From Vermamoeba vermiformis (lineage: Eukaryota): DNA of 64,000 nucleotides. The DNA is taken from contig JBEWZL010000038.1 of assembly GCA_045837725.1 (NCBI GenBank), positions 1 to 64,000 on the forward strand, in the 5' to 3' direction. The notes beneath the pieces were generated by a model. The model ran no database searches and had not been told where the DNA came from. It saw only the letters and a program-made list of their open reading frames with translations. Of the stretch, positions 52,403 through 64,000 are shown piece by piece (position 1 is the first letter of the stretch; every line of letters begins with the position of its first letter). The translations under genes and the position numbers were made by a program.

Positions 52403-54859
52403 CTAATTTAATAGCAAGTCTTCTTTGGTTATTATAAAAGTCATTGACTCTTTGCCTTGAGGAGTGATGCTCGTAGTAATAATATTATCGGAGTTCGGAT
52501 CGACTTGCATAATGCCGTAGAAATTGCTGCCGCCTTGACCCCATAACAATTCTTCCGAACTGCCGGCGTACGGACGAGGACCAAAATTCGATGGGCCGTA
52601 AAATCCGTTCAGAGGCGACACTGAATACTCGTAGATGCCTATAATAACAAAATAAAAAGCATTAGATCTTTCCAAATTTTATCAGTAGATCCGCTCCGAA
52701 CAATTTCTATCGACATTTTTTGTTGCAATAGGCATATTATATTAGTTAAAATACGCATATTATTATTATTTAAATCAAGTTAATTACCTTTTCGCAATTT
52801 AAAAGCTCCAGCCCAATGCCTGTCACCACTCAAAAACACGACGCCGTTGATATTATTTTGCACGATAAAATCTAAAATTTTTTGGCGCTCGACAGTACGA
52901 CCGGCCCAAACATCTGGCCCACGTGACACTTCCGTGAACGGGACCGAAGTTCCGATGAACTAATAAGGAAAGATTAGAAGTTGGATAGATAAAACCTTAT
53001 ATGGCAAGATAATATTATAGTACCTTAATTTGCGATGAATTATGACTCAGCAGCCAAGCGAACAGATCTTGCAATTGTTCCGCACCCAACATGGTCTTAG
53101 TTGGACTATCATTAGGCTATAATTAATAGTTTATGTTAATATAAGACATATATAGTATTATATAACTGCTTTTACGCTAATTATAAATGATTTTAAGCCA
53201 ATTTTACCTCGCTATTTGGGGATCTGAACGTTCTCGTGTCTACGATAAAAAATGACGTGCTGCCAATATCAAAACTGAAATAATGAGCCACGTCTAAATA
53301 TAGTCATTAGATCGATACATTTACTATAATAAGGAAATTTTTGTTCGTTGAACTTACTCTCGGGAGCGGTAGCGTTAAATTTGGGATTTTTCACGCCACA
53401 ATAATCTTTCCACGCTGTAATCGCGTCAAAATATCTGCCCTGCAAATGAAATTTATTAATTTTATTATCGAACCTAAAATAAATTTGATAAAATCTTACC
53501 GCTGTGCCTTGATCCCAGTCATTGTCAAGTTCGTGGTCGTCAACTGCAAGAAAAATCGATTAGAATTATGATTATTGCCAAATAAGGAAATATTCAATAT
53601 GACTTACGCATAAAGTAGCTCGGATAAGCGAATAATTGGCGAATATATTCGTCGTTGTAAACGGATCTGTACCGATAATGATAAAACGAAGTTTTTGTGC
53701 TGAGCGGGAACGGATGGTCCCAATAAATGAAATCTCCGAGAAATACATTGAAATCGGGTTGTTCTTCTGCCATAGCCTTAATACTACGAACAAATAAAAG
53801 TTAACCTAGATCCGACATCCAAATTTAAAATATCTTCTATTGAATAATTTTAGGCTGCGTATTGCCTATTATCACATAAAATATTATGATAAATTCGAAT
53901 ATAACGCTTACTTATATAAAGGCTCGTTTTGCTTGTAGATGCAGGATCCAAATCCGAACTTGAACGCATAATTGCTGGTAGGACTCGGAATAGGTCTCGT
54001 TTTAAATGTCTCTATTTCACTAGTCTCATCGCCATTATCAAATATGGCTTGGAATTCATAATCTGTTTCAGGCGTCAAATTCTCCAGCGTAATTCCAGCC
54101 AAAAAGTCTCCTTGTTCGGTTAAATCAAATTCATCTGTTTCTGTCCATTGTTGCGAGCCAACAGTACGATAGTACATGACCTATGTATATTTACGTATTA
54201 ATGAATATTCTGCTACAATTTTTGATGCAAAATGGATCTTGATCCGAAAATTATCTAAATTTGTAATTAGTTCAAAATGGACTTACAACTGAAGTGCGCT
54301 CAGAATTTCTTATTAAAAATGTCGCGGAGTTGTGGCTTAATTGCCCGCGGTTCAAGAGCTTCAAATTAAGCAAGGGCTGGTGTTCAGATTGCGTGATCCA
54401 AACAATGGAAGCGATGAAAATGAGCATAACGGTGCCAGCTAATACTAGATAAATATATTGCACGACTGGTGGCTCGGTAATTGATCCTATAAATTTTAGA
54501 AAATTAATTTATTTTTATGTTCCGGAACAGATCCGCAATTAATTTTTACGCCGTTTATTCATTAATTGCATTTAATATAGTGAATATTTACGTCAAATAA
54601 TACGCGAATAATAGTAATGCTTACTCCATCCTTTTGACCGTTTCGAGTTGTCGCGCCATCTCAGTCTCCGTCGTGACATTAAATATCCTGAGACGGACAA
54701 GGCGAGTGATATTGCCATAAATACCCAAAATGCTACTATCACTTGATAAAACGCATAAGCTGAAATTCCTGCCGCAAAAGCGACTATTGCCGCCATCCAC
54801 CAAAAAACGGCCACTACCAATGTTGCATCATAGCAACAAAGTAAGCAGCCTTTGGCCAT
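52403..54859 (-). CDS. phoD: PhoD-family alkaline phosphatase with three N-terminal TM helices (copy A)
   Basis: FGFGSC, FLGDFIYWD, DDHELDNDWD, FFIVDTRTFRS, TMLGAEQ, FLSGDRH, YEYSVSP. Confidence 0.9.
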
Positions 54860-55030
54860 GGTTGTATTAATAATAATAAATGAAATGACAGCGAAAAAAA
54901 TCGGTTTTTGAAGGGCCAAACACGAAAAATGGAAATAATCGGAGAAAAGGCAGGTTACGGAACGGAAATTAAGGGATAATTTTGCGTGCTCATGGTTTAT
55001 TTACATATATGAAGGAGCTTCATAATATTT

Positions 55031-57296
55031 TTATCGCGTCAAGTCTTCTTTAGTGAGCGTAAAGACGACTGGATCTTGATCGAGCGGTTTTATCGATACT
55101 TGGAGGATATTATCGCTATTAGGATTAACATTGACTAGACCAAAAAATCTATTTTTTTCTCCGGCCCATAAGCGCTGTTCTGGCGAGTTACCGACATCCA
55201 CTTTACCGATCGGAGATGTAAACGCATCCCACGGCGAAACAGTGAACTCGTAAATACCTAAATAAATACAGTTAATATTTATAAAGCGATGATATAAATA
55301 TGACGCCGTTACTAACGAATTTGAATTCTTCGCGTAAGGTCAAATCCAGACTTTCTTACCTTTCCTAATTTGAAACGCGCCAGCCCAATGTCTATCGCCA
55401 GTTAATATCACCACACCGTTAATTCTATTATCGATAATAAAATTGATAATTTTGTTCTTCTCGTACTGTCTTGCTTGCCACGTATCGACCCCCGGCGCCC
55501 AGTCACTGAACGGCACTCCAAAAGTAACGAACTGAAATAATAAATATTAATATGCGTTCATATGAATATTAGTAAGTATGTAGTAGTACCTTAATTGACG
55601 AGCCATTCTTCGCTATTAACCAAGAAAATAGATCTTGCAACTGCGCATCTCCGAGCATAATTTTTTCAGGCCCATCTTTCTACAATAATATACCATTACT
55701 ATAATACTATTACTATATCGATTTAGTATATTATAATATTGCGTACCATACTATTAGGTGCTCTAAACGTTCTCGTGTCAGCCACAAAAAAGGATGTACT
55801 GCCCACGTCAAAAGTAAAATAATGCGTGGTGTCTGTCGTATTGTTAATATCCATATGAATAGTATTAGTATACTTAACGTACGAATTTGACCACTGCCAT
55901 TGAAGTTTGGAGGGTTCAACGAGCCTGCATAGTCGTACCACGCTTGGATCGCATCCGGGTACGGATTCTGTTCAAGAAGTTAGATCTGCCGTAGTTATAT
56001 CACTATAATACGTACTGCTATGCCTTGGTCCCAGTTATTTCTAAGCTCGTGGTCGTCAACTAAAAAGGAAGTTAAATCCGGTAAAATTGAAAAAAATTGT
56101 ACGTACACATAAAGTAGCTAGGATTGGATCCGAACAATTGAGCAATCTCTTTGCGATTATATACAGTTCTATATTGATATCTGTAGAAATCTACGTCGTT
56201 GTGCAGCGGGAACGGGTGTTCGTGGTAAATGAAATCTCCCAAAAACAGATTGAAATCGATCGGGCCTTGCGAAATGATTTGTTTGATGCTGCAAATGCAT
56301 TAATATTACGTACTATAATACTGCAAATGGAATATAATATTAATGATAAATAAGTACCCGTCTAGTGGTTGGTTCGTTTGTGGATTTGAATAGATGCACG
56401 ATCCAAATGCGAAATTGAATGCGTAAGTGCTATTAGGACTAGGAATAGGTCTAGTAGTAAATGTACCAGCCACAATTGTTTCAGCACCACCGTCGTATAT
56501 GAATTGATATTGGTACGTTGTGTCCGGTTGCAAATCCATCGTGGTCACGGATGCCACATAATCGTTGATATCTTTCAAACTATACGACGTCGATGAGGTC
56601 CATTTAGAAGCTTGTTGCGTCTTATATTGTAACACCTAAATAACAGTATTAGTCCTATTTCGCCTCGAGTACATCCGGACCGATCAGATTCGATTCAAAT
56701 TTTAAATTCATCAAGCGCTTAAATAATACTAAAGTGTACTTACTACTGCTGATCTATAAGGGTTTCTGACTAAAAATGAAGCAGAATTGTGGCTCAGTTG
56801 ACCTTTGACTTGGAATTTAAGGTCCTCCAAATTTTTGTACTTTGACTGCGTGATCCAAACAATCGAACCGGCAAAGAGAAGCATAAAGAGTATTAAATAG
56901 CCTAAGTATATCCATTGGATCACTGGAGCGGTCGTAAGCTTGCCTAGAAAAATAAAGTACGTTAATTTAGTGTCGGATCCAGAAAAGCTTCAACGGAGAA
57001 AATCTTTAAGCCGCTAATATTTTCTAATTATTATATTCAATTTTTCTATGAAAGTACTTACGCCAATTCTTGTCTTTTTTGCTTTTTTGTCTCCATCCGC
57101 GTCGTCTTCTTGACATTACAAATCCGATCGTGATGAGAACGAGGCCAATAAATAAAATGACCCAAAAAGCAATGACCGCTTCTAAATAACTATATATAGA
57201 AACAAAGCCTGCTAAGATTATAATGCATGCAATCAAGCACAAGAAACTGAACACGAAGATGGCTTCGTAACAACGAATCAAATTGCCTTGCGCCAT
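55031..57296 (-). CDS. phoD: PhoD-family alkaline phosphatase with three N-terminal TM helices (copy B)
   Basis: FAFGSC, FLGDFIYHE, DDHELRNNWD, FFVADTRTFRA, ILTGDRH; intron positions match copy A. Confidence 0.9.
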
Positions 57297-57795
57297 TTGC
57301 AAACGAGGTATTACGAGTAAAAAAAATAGTAAAATGGATATTTTGCAATCAACTCGTAATTAAAGAGCGAGACGGCCGGAGTAAGTTTGTAAATTGCGTT
57401 AATTTTCGATCAAATCTAGATAATTATTTAAATTTAACAAAGAGGCGCTAAAGTGGCCTCGCTATTCGATGCGCGTTTTGGCTTATTATTTTGGTATCCA
57501 GCAAATATTAAATCGATTGTCTAAAGATCAAAATAGGCGCAATTTTCAAATCTAGGCTTGGTTGTTGTACGTACCGAATTTCAATACGTCATATTAATAA
57601 TTGTTCAACTAGTGTGGTAAATATGAAATAGAACGTTGTTTTTGAGCCTTTGAATTGCTCTACTGTGGTTTTGCGTTGGTTCGTATTTTTTCACTAATTA
57701 TCCCACTAACGCCGATAAACACCACAAAACAATGGCACCTACGCGTGTTTGAATTAATAACACCCTATATATATATACGAACTCCACATCAAGCA

Positions 57796-59818
57796 ATGTC
57801 GAACAAATCTTTGGAAACTTTACAAACTCTATTCCCAACCTTAAGTCCGGAAGTAATTGCAATGTAAGGCCAATTTAATAACAATACGAAGTGAATAATA
57901 TTAAAATAATTTTAGAGCACGCAATTAATGACGTTTGTGTAGAGTTCAGCAACAATGCGGAGGAGATCTTGATAAAACAATTATTAGCTTGTCAAATTTG
58001 GCACCGGTATGTATTTTGAGATCTTGCATATGACGATAATAATAAAATAGATGACGTACGGCATCAATTAATAGTGTATTGATTTTTTGTTGAAGCCTCA
58101 AAAGCCATCTGCAGCCCCGCCAAAGCAACAAATAAATTCAGCGCCACCTAAATTACCGCCAAAAACTGCTGTAAAAGCCCAACAATTCCCTGGTCCCCAA
58201 AAACTATCGAATGTAAATAATACGCAGCCGAAACAACAATTTAATGCCCCGCCAAAACAACGATTATCCACGCCAGTGCCAATGCAACAAAATTACGCTA
58301 ATAATACGCAATATAATAATCAGCCTCAAAATATTCAGCCAGTTGCACCAAAACAACCGGTCATGCAAAATCAAATTGGTCAACAACAACAAAATTTCAA
58401 TCAGCAACAAAATCAAATTCAAAATCAGCAAAATAATGCGGTGCATATTCCTCCGAGCAATCACCGTCAAGATTTTTGGCGCCAAATGGTATCTAATTTT
58501 CTGCCGCAAAATCAGCATCAAAATCAAACTCAACAAAATCAATCGGCTCACGCAATTCAACAAGCCTAATATTGACGATGAATATCAATTAGCTCCCGTT
58601 GGATTTGTGCCGCAAGGAGTGCCTAATAAGCCGTTAACGAGCAACAAATTAACGCGCGAACAAAAATTGACGTTCATTGAACAAGGCTACATTGTGGTGC
58701 CTAATATCGTGCCAAAAAAATTCACTGACGCAGCATTAAGGTACCTTAATATATCGATATATTAATAATAGTCGTATTTAATTATAATATTATGCTAGAG
58801 TTATTAATGCGCGAATGGGCAAAGGCACGGGAGGACCAGGTGAAGCGTTGCTTGCAAAATTTAAAACGTGGTTCCCTGAGCTCTGCATCAGCTCGCAAAT
58901 ATTGAATTTGTTCTATCAGACACCAGTGTATAGTTTGATATACGACTTGCTCGGAGAATTCGAACGACCAAATGCTGGGCAGATTACGATGAGGTAACTT
59001 CAAACAACTTTTTTCAAAATTTTAGTAACTGAACTAAATATGGTAAGAAATAATAGATTCCCTGGTGATCTTTGCATTGAGACTGATAACGGTTTTGGAA
59101 AAGTGGTCGATCTGTTGACAAATTTGATGAGCCCGCAGAATGCTCGAAACACATCCGAAGAAGGAATGAGTCCACTTCCTTTTTGGGACCGCGTAAGTGA
59201 TATATAATACGCCTATCTTACAAAATCTAACATTTTATGCTAGACGTGGCATGTAGACGGCATTCCTATCGAAGACTCGCAAAAAGAGGTACGTGCGCCA
59301 TTGGATCTCGAGTTACTTAACTAACTCTCTCGTAGGTCACAACATTTTCGCTGTTAGCAGGCGTATTTTTGCACGATATCGACGAGGAGCTCTTCGGCAA
59401 TCTCACTGTGTATCCTGGCTCGCACACTGCTTTGGCAGCCTATATCAACTCACTTGGAGGTCCTAGTATGCTTCAGAGCAGTGTCATAAAGCGTGCTCAG
59501 GTAATACTCAAGACCTTCATAATATATATGGCAATGATATACTGAACAAATGTTAGGCACCTGTTGAAGGACCAGTCCAAGTCAAAGGTCGGCGTGGATC
59601 CGTTGTCATATTCCATGGACTAATGGCGCATGCGATCGCCCCAAATATTACTCCAAATATCAGATATGTAATATATTATCGAATTCATGCGTAAGTAGAT
59701 ATTTGGTTGCCTGCATCCGATTTTAACTTTTGTCTTCAGTAAAAAGCCAACCTACAGACCGGAGACGATTGAAAATATTTGGATAGAATACGTTGGTTTG
59801 CAAGATTTATTACATTAG
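57796..59818 (+). CDS. CUE-like domain + Q/N/P-rich linker + PhyH-family 2OG-Fe(II) dioxygenase; probable +1 frame break
   Basis: LETLQTLFPTLSPEVI...CGGDLDKTI (CUE-like); LTREQKLTFIEQGYIVVPNIV, WHVDG, GNLTVYPGSH, HAIAPN..PNIRY (PhyH). Confidence 0.8.
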
Positions 59819-59872
59819 TTTGAATTTTATATAATATCTGTTAGTAAAGCTGTACATAGGATTGATTTTTTT

Positions 59873-60468
59873 TTACTTCAAGTTTTTCTTTCCCCAGAAG
59901 GTCAGTGCGCCAAGCAATGCGAACAAAGGAATTTGAAAGTAGAAGGTACGTTTAGTTCTATTTAAATACGGAATTTAGCCATCGTGCAAGAATTTTGAAC
60001 GAGATCTTATCTTACCTTCCCAAAACGTAGCTAGGAAAGAAAGCAAGTGTGCCTCCAAAAAATACTACAGTAAAGTAGTCGAGAATAAGCTTTACTGGCG
60101 ACTGGACAGGGCTATTTGCGAAAATTAGGAATTAAATCAAAAATTGATTATCTTGATCTCACCTTCGTAAAGCAATCTTGAGCATGACAATACCGGAGGC
60201 AATCCAACTCATCGTGCTCCAATTCCAAACAGCTCGGACACTGTCAAATAGCGGTTTTAGCGAGCAGATCAAACTCAAAAAATCACTTATAATTAACACG
60301 ATCGATCAAATAGACTTACACGTCCTTAGTTCGATCTCGGATGTCTTTGGAATGGTCTACAAAATTTAAAACCTTCGTTTCACCGAGGTATTGGTGGATG
60401 GCTGAGATTGCGAGGAGAGATGCGCCGGCAATGGCCAATGGATAGTTCGGTTCCTGACCGGATGACAT
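59873..60468 (-). CDS. Small 4-TM membrane protein (135 aa), not in ORF track
   Basis: Exons 60468-60320, 60240-60163, 60111-60016 and 59957-59873 splice in frame (408 nt): MSSGQEPNYPLAIAGASLLAISAIHQYLGETKV...VRAVWNWSTMSWIASGIVML...FFGGTLAFF...IPLFALLGALTFWGKKNLK. Confidence 0.8.
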
Positions 60469-60800
60469 TGTATGGTGTGGTATGCTAGATGGTTAGCTGA
60501 TTATGACGTTGAAGGAACTGAATTAACTATTTAAGGCCTGCGGACGGTGCTTCCGTTTGCTCCGTGTTACGAAATTTCATTCCGGGCTGAACTCATAACG
60601 TGATTGTAGTGGCAAAAGTAATTAAGTAGATTATTATTTGCAAAAAACTTGCATTCCTAATACAGCAGTAGGTCGCGTGACTGGTTCCCGTCATTTTCCG
60701 GATTTCCAATTTTCTGAACTCGGTGAACAAAAGAAACATTAAAGAGTTCGGCGTTGATTATTTTGAGAACATAACAGAGGCAACACGCACTCTCTGTCGA

Positions 60801-62903
60801 ATGGAGCAAGGTCATCCGTCAGCAACCGATCGAGTCAATTTCACTCTCATCCATAAAGGTACGTCTTTTAAACGGAAAAATTAATTACGATAAAATTGTA
60901 TCCCATTAAGTTTTGTATTCAAATTATCTAATATTAATTTAAGCAACCGTACATCCGCCAAAATTGAAAAATAATTATTAAATATTTTTATTGCCTAGGA
61001 GAGTCATATTTGATGAATAGAAGTAATGAAGAAACCGTAGAAGAATTCGCAAAATTTTTAGAAGCTCAACTGGGCGTCAGTTTAGCCACGCAAAAATTAG
61101 TTCGCAAAGGAAAGAATATTCTAAGCGAAAATAAGGACCAAAAATTAGGGAAATTGGTAAGTAATAAAATTATTATATAATTAGGATAAATTGGAAGCGC
61201 TAGTCAATTTCTTAAAACTTTCAAAAATGACACGATCCCGGATCTCGATCTAACGCGTTTATAGGAGTTGAAATCAGGTTCTAAAATTATGCTTATTGGA
61301 TCCAGTGCAGATGACGTATTGAAAATTCAATCCATGAAAGAAGACAAGTTGATGCGCGGATTTGACGAAGAGAAAAAACTTCACAAAGGTAACTACCATT
61401 ATGATTGCATAATTTAATAGACATGCATATTAATATATATTATGTATAGCGAAGAAAGAGGTCAAATCAAGCCCTTACATTGGTCGTTACGAAGTTTTGC
61501 CTCAATTTACGAATCCATCTCCAGCCAAAGCGATGAAACTTTTACGAAGAATATCAACAGACCCTGGTATACTCGCCATAATGAAAAAGTATAATTGGCA
61601 CGTGGGCACGTTAAAAGAAATGCCACCAGAAGGCATGGTCGGAGTGAGCGAAGTCTGTATTCTCGGCTACAATCAAAATATGGGCGAAGCAATTGCATTG
61701 AGATTGCGCACTGATAATTTAAAGGGATTTAGATACTATAATGTTATTATGGAGACTAGTAAGTATAAACAATTTCAGTTTTTTCAGGTTCAGTGAACTA
61801 ACGGTTCTGTGAATTGACAGTGCTTCATGAATTATGTCACATGGTACACAGCGAACACGATTCGAAATTTTGGACTTTATTCCGTCAATTAAAGCGAGAA
61901 TATGAAAGTCTTGATTGGACCAAGTCAACGTAAGTTGAATAAGAATAATTAAATATGAAAATATATTCTAATGATTATTATAGAGCGCATACTATTAGAG
62001 GAGGCACGTTTCAGCCAAGTATCAATAAAAATATGGAAAATAATTGGCAGGACGACAGTTCGGACGAAGAAATGGAAGAAGAATCAGCGCACATGTTGAA
62101 TCCGAATGCGGATGCGGACATTATTCATCAATTGAACCCGAGAGAATTAGCAGCTGAAGCGGCAACATTACGATGGATGTCACAGCATAACAAAGACGTT
62201 ATTAGAGAAGATCCAAAAACAGCAGATCCGCATGAAAAAATGGACGTTGAACCGACTCACGATCACTGCACATCATTTGCATAGTCACGGACATGCAATT
62301 AATAATCAAAATTCTGCAAATAAGCCAGTAGTTAGTGACCAGCCAAAAGTCCCGGTTCAACCTAAACAACAAGAAGTTTCAGTGAAAAAAGAGCCGTGGG
62401 AATGTCCCTCGTGTCATTACCACAACGAAGTGACAGAAAATATCTGTGAAATTTGTCAAAATCATCGATCAAATGTCCCCGCGCCAGCACCAGAGAACGT
62501 AATCGGAAAGAACGCCGAAGAAATTAAAACGGAAATTAACTCCGAAGCGGATCTGGTCAACATTCACGATTCAACTGCAAATTTGGGAGAAAAATTAGAA
62601 CAAGCGATGAATAATTTTATAGTCTCTGTTACTGGTCCTGAAGCTAAGGCCGGTTTATCGACAATTTTCACCATTTGCAAGAATATTTTGGAGAATCCGA
62701 ACGAACAAAAATTCAAAAGCGTGCCATTGGCCAATAAGAATTTCAACGCTAAAGTCGGAAGATTTCCGAAAGCCATTGAAGTAATGAAAGTTATTGGGTT
62801 CAAAGAAGATCCGACAAAAGGCACAATTTCATTCGCTAGAAACGATCCTGTATTATTATGGCTTGCTAAATCGACTATTGAAAGCAAAATATCTGTTTTA
62901 TAA
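60801..62903 (+). CDS. UBL-WLM-ZnF(RanBP2)-PUB metalloprotease (Wss1-like); one +1 frame break
   Basis: UBL (TQKLVRKG...KIMLIG); WLM VGTLKEMPP...ILGYNQNMGEAIALRLRTD...LHELCHMVHSEH; WECPSCHYHN...CEIC; PUB NILENPNEQKFK...IGF. Confidence 0.9.
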
Positions 62904-62993
62904 ATTGTAAATAACTAACAATCAAAATGTAAATAAAAAAGTGTTTTTTCAACGTTTAGTCAAACGAATGTTGGATCTGCATCAAAATATTTA

Positions 62994-64000
62994 CTATTTA
63001 AGGCAAATATCGCAAACATTATCTTCGATCCATAACGCTTGTAATCGCTTCCTAGCATCTGCTTCTTTTCCAATTTTGGATCTGTCGCTCGCAATCTGAA
63101 TTAACTTTTTCATTTGGTTTGCATCAAAGGTGACTTGTTTAGAATAAGGATTGCTATCTCTTTGAAATACGTATTGCAAAATCTGGAATAAAATCTCGCT
63201 TGGAATTGTTGCAAATACTCCTCTGTCTTTTGTCAAATAAATTGTCCGCAAGATGCTTAAGCAGTGGACGACCGCTTTAAAATTCGTTAATAATTTTGCT
63301 CTATCCATATTAAAAATTCTTAGTTTGTCCAAATTGGCTTGTCCTCGTGGATAACAACGAACTTGTAGGAACGGATTTCGACTGGATGCGTACACAAAAT
63401 CGTTCCAATAATAAAATTCTTTGATCTTAATCTGTTGAATCGAAGTATGATGTATCAATGTATCTATTAAGTTCTCTTGTTGGTGCAAATCTAAGTCCAT
63501 TTTCGAATACTAAAGTTTGGATCGGCGATGACGGCTCGACCAATTTTCCAAGATCTAACGGATCAAAATTTCCTCGATGTTCTGTATCTTCTCTAGCTCT
63601 AAATATCAATTTACGAAGCGATCTATATAACACAGTAATTAATTACTATTAGAACCGGTAGAGAGATCTTACTTCATTGAAAGTAATGACTTATTCATCT
63701 CATCATCCACCATTAGTTGTTTCAAGGGTACTTCCAATACCTCTATTACAGTATTGGTCGATATTGTCTTAATTAACGGGCATATCAGCATTCCAGGCAA
63801 GATCAATTTTCGCAAAGTCGGATGTGATGCTATTGTTGTCGCTAATAACTCTGTTTCTTCGCTTGCGTTCGATCAAATCGGCGCTGTTGTCATAAAAATC
63901 GATTTTTTCTAAGAATTTGTTGCCGGAAATAGCTTCGCTGAGGGATCTGTAGTGCTTTAGTCGTACGTGTCCAATTCGAAATTTGAGGAGTTCCAAAGAG
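62994..64000 (-). CDS. RNI-like LRR protein with C-terminal F-box-like motif (5' end outside window); two +1 frame breaks
   Basis: NKFLEKIDF, HPTLRKLIL, KSLRKLIF and HTSIQQIKI repeats; C-terminal TIPSEILFQILQYVF; intron at about 63672-63623. Confidence 0.7.

Noticed and set aside
58087-58569. CAA-rich sequence as a satellite or CRISPR-like repeat
   Set aside because: It encodes a Gln/Asn/Pro-rich linker and has no repeat-spacer structure.
60355-60375. Possible 15-nt micro-intron in the 4-TM gene
   Set aside because: The sequence reads through in frame (GTT TTA AAT TTT GTA); no intron is needed.
1-64000. Alternative genetic code, tRNA/rRNA genes, transposases, endogenous viral genes
   Set aside because: TAA, TAG and TGA all end genes normally, and no cloverleaf, rRNA, transposase, RT or viral hallmark motifs were recognised.

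Overview
Gene-dense, intron-rich eukaryotic nuclear DNA with short GT-AG introns, a few GC-AG introns and the standard code. The gene repertoire suggests a free-living amoebozoan-type protist (inference only). About 23 protein-coding genes can be reconstructed, in order: GRAM-domain protein, La protein, 3xDOMON-cytochrome b561, an inverted pair of F-box/LRR/ankyrin paralogs, a VAMP7-like longin with a degenerate SNARE motif (only fragments in the ORF track), C2-LRR protein, CBP20, an atypical Ras, importin-11, a stand-alone CaMKII hub domain, a Kelch-like receptor tyrosine kinase, three tandem kexin/furin-like membrane proteases, a Ly6-like GPI protein, a heparinase II/III-like lyase, two tandem PhoD phosphatases, a CUE-PhyH dioxygenase, a small 4-TM protein absent from the ORF track, a UBL-WLM-PUB protease and a partial LRR gene. 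No rRNA, tRNA, CRISPR array or recognisable transposon was found. Most notable: (1) about 12 reading-frame breaks in 8 genes that are all single extra bases (+1), which is either an insertion-biased assembly artefact or a recoding system; (2) kexin-like proteases whose acidic specificity pocket and dibasic self-cleavage site both appear charge-switched; (3) a phytolongin-like longin without a working SNARE motif; (4) a bacterial-type polysaccharide lyase turned into an intron-rich GPI protein. All calls come from manual translation and motif recognition; no searches were run.
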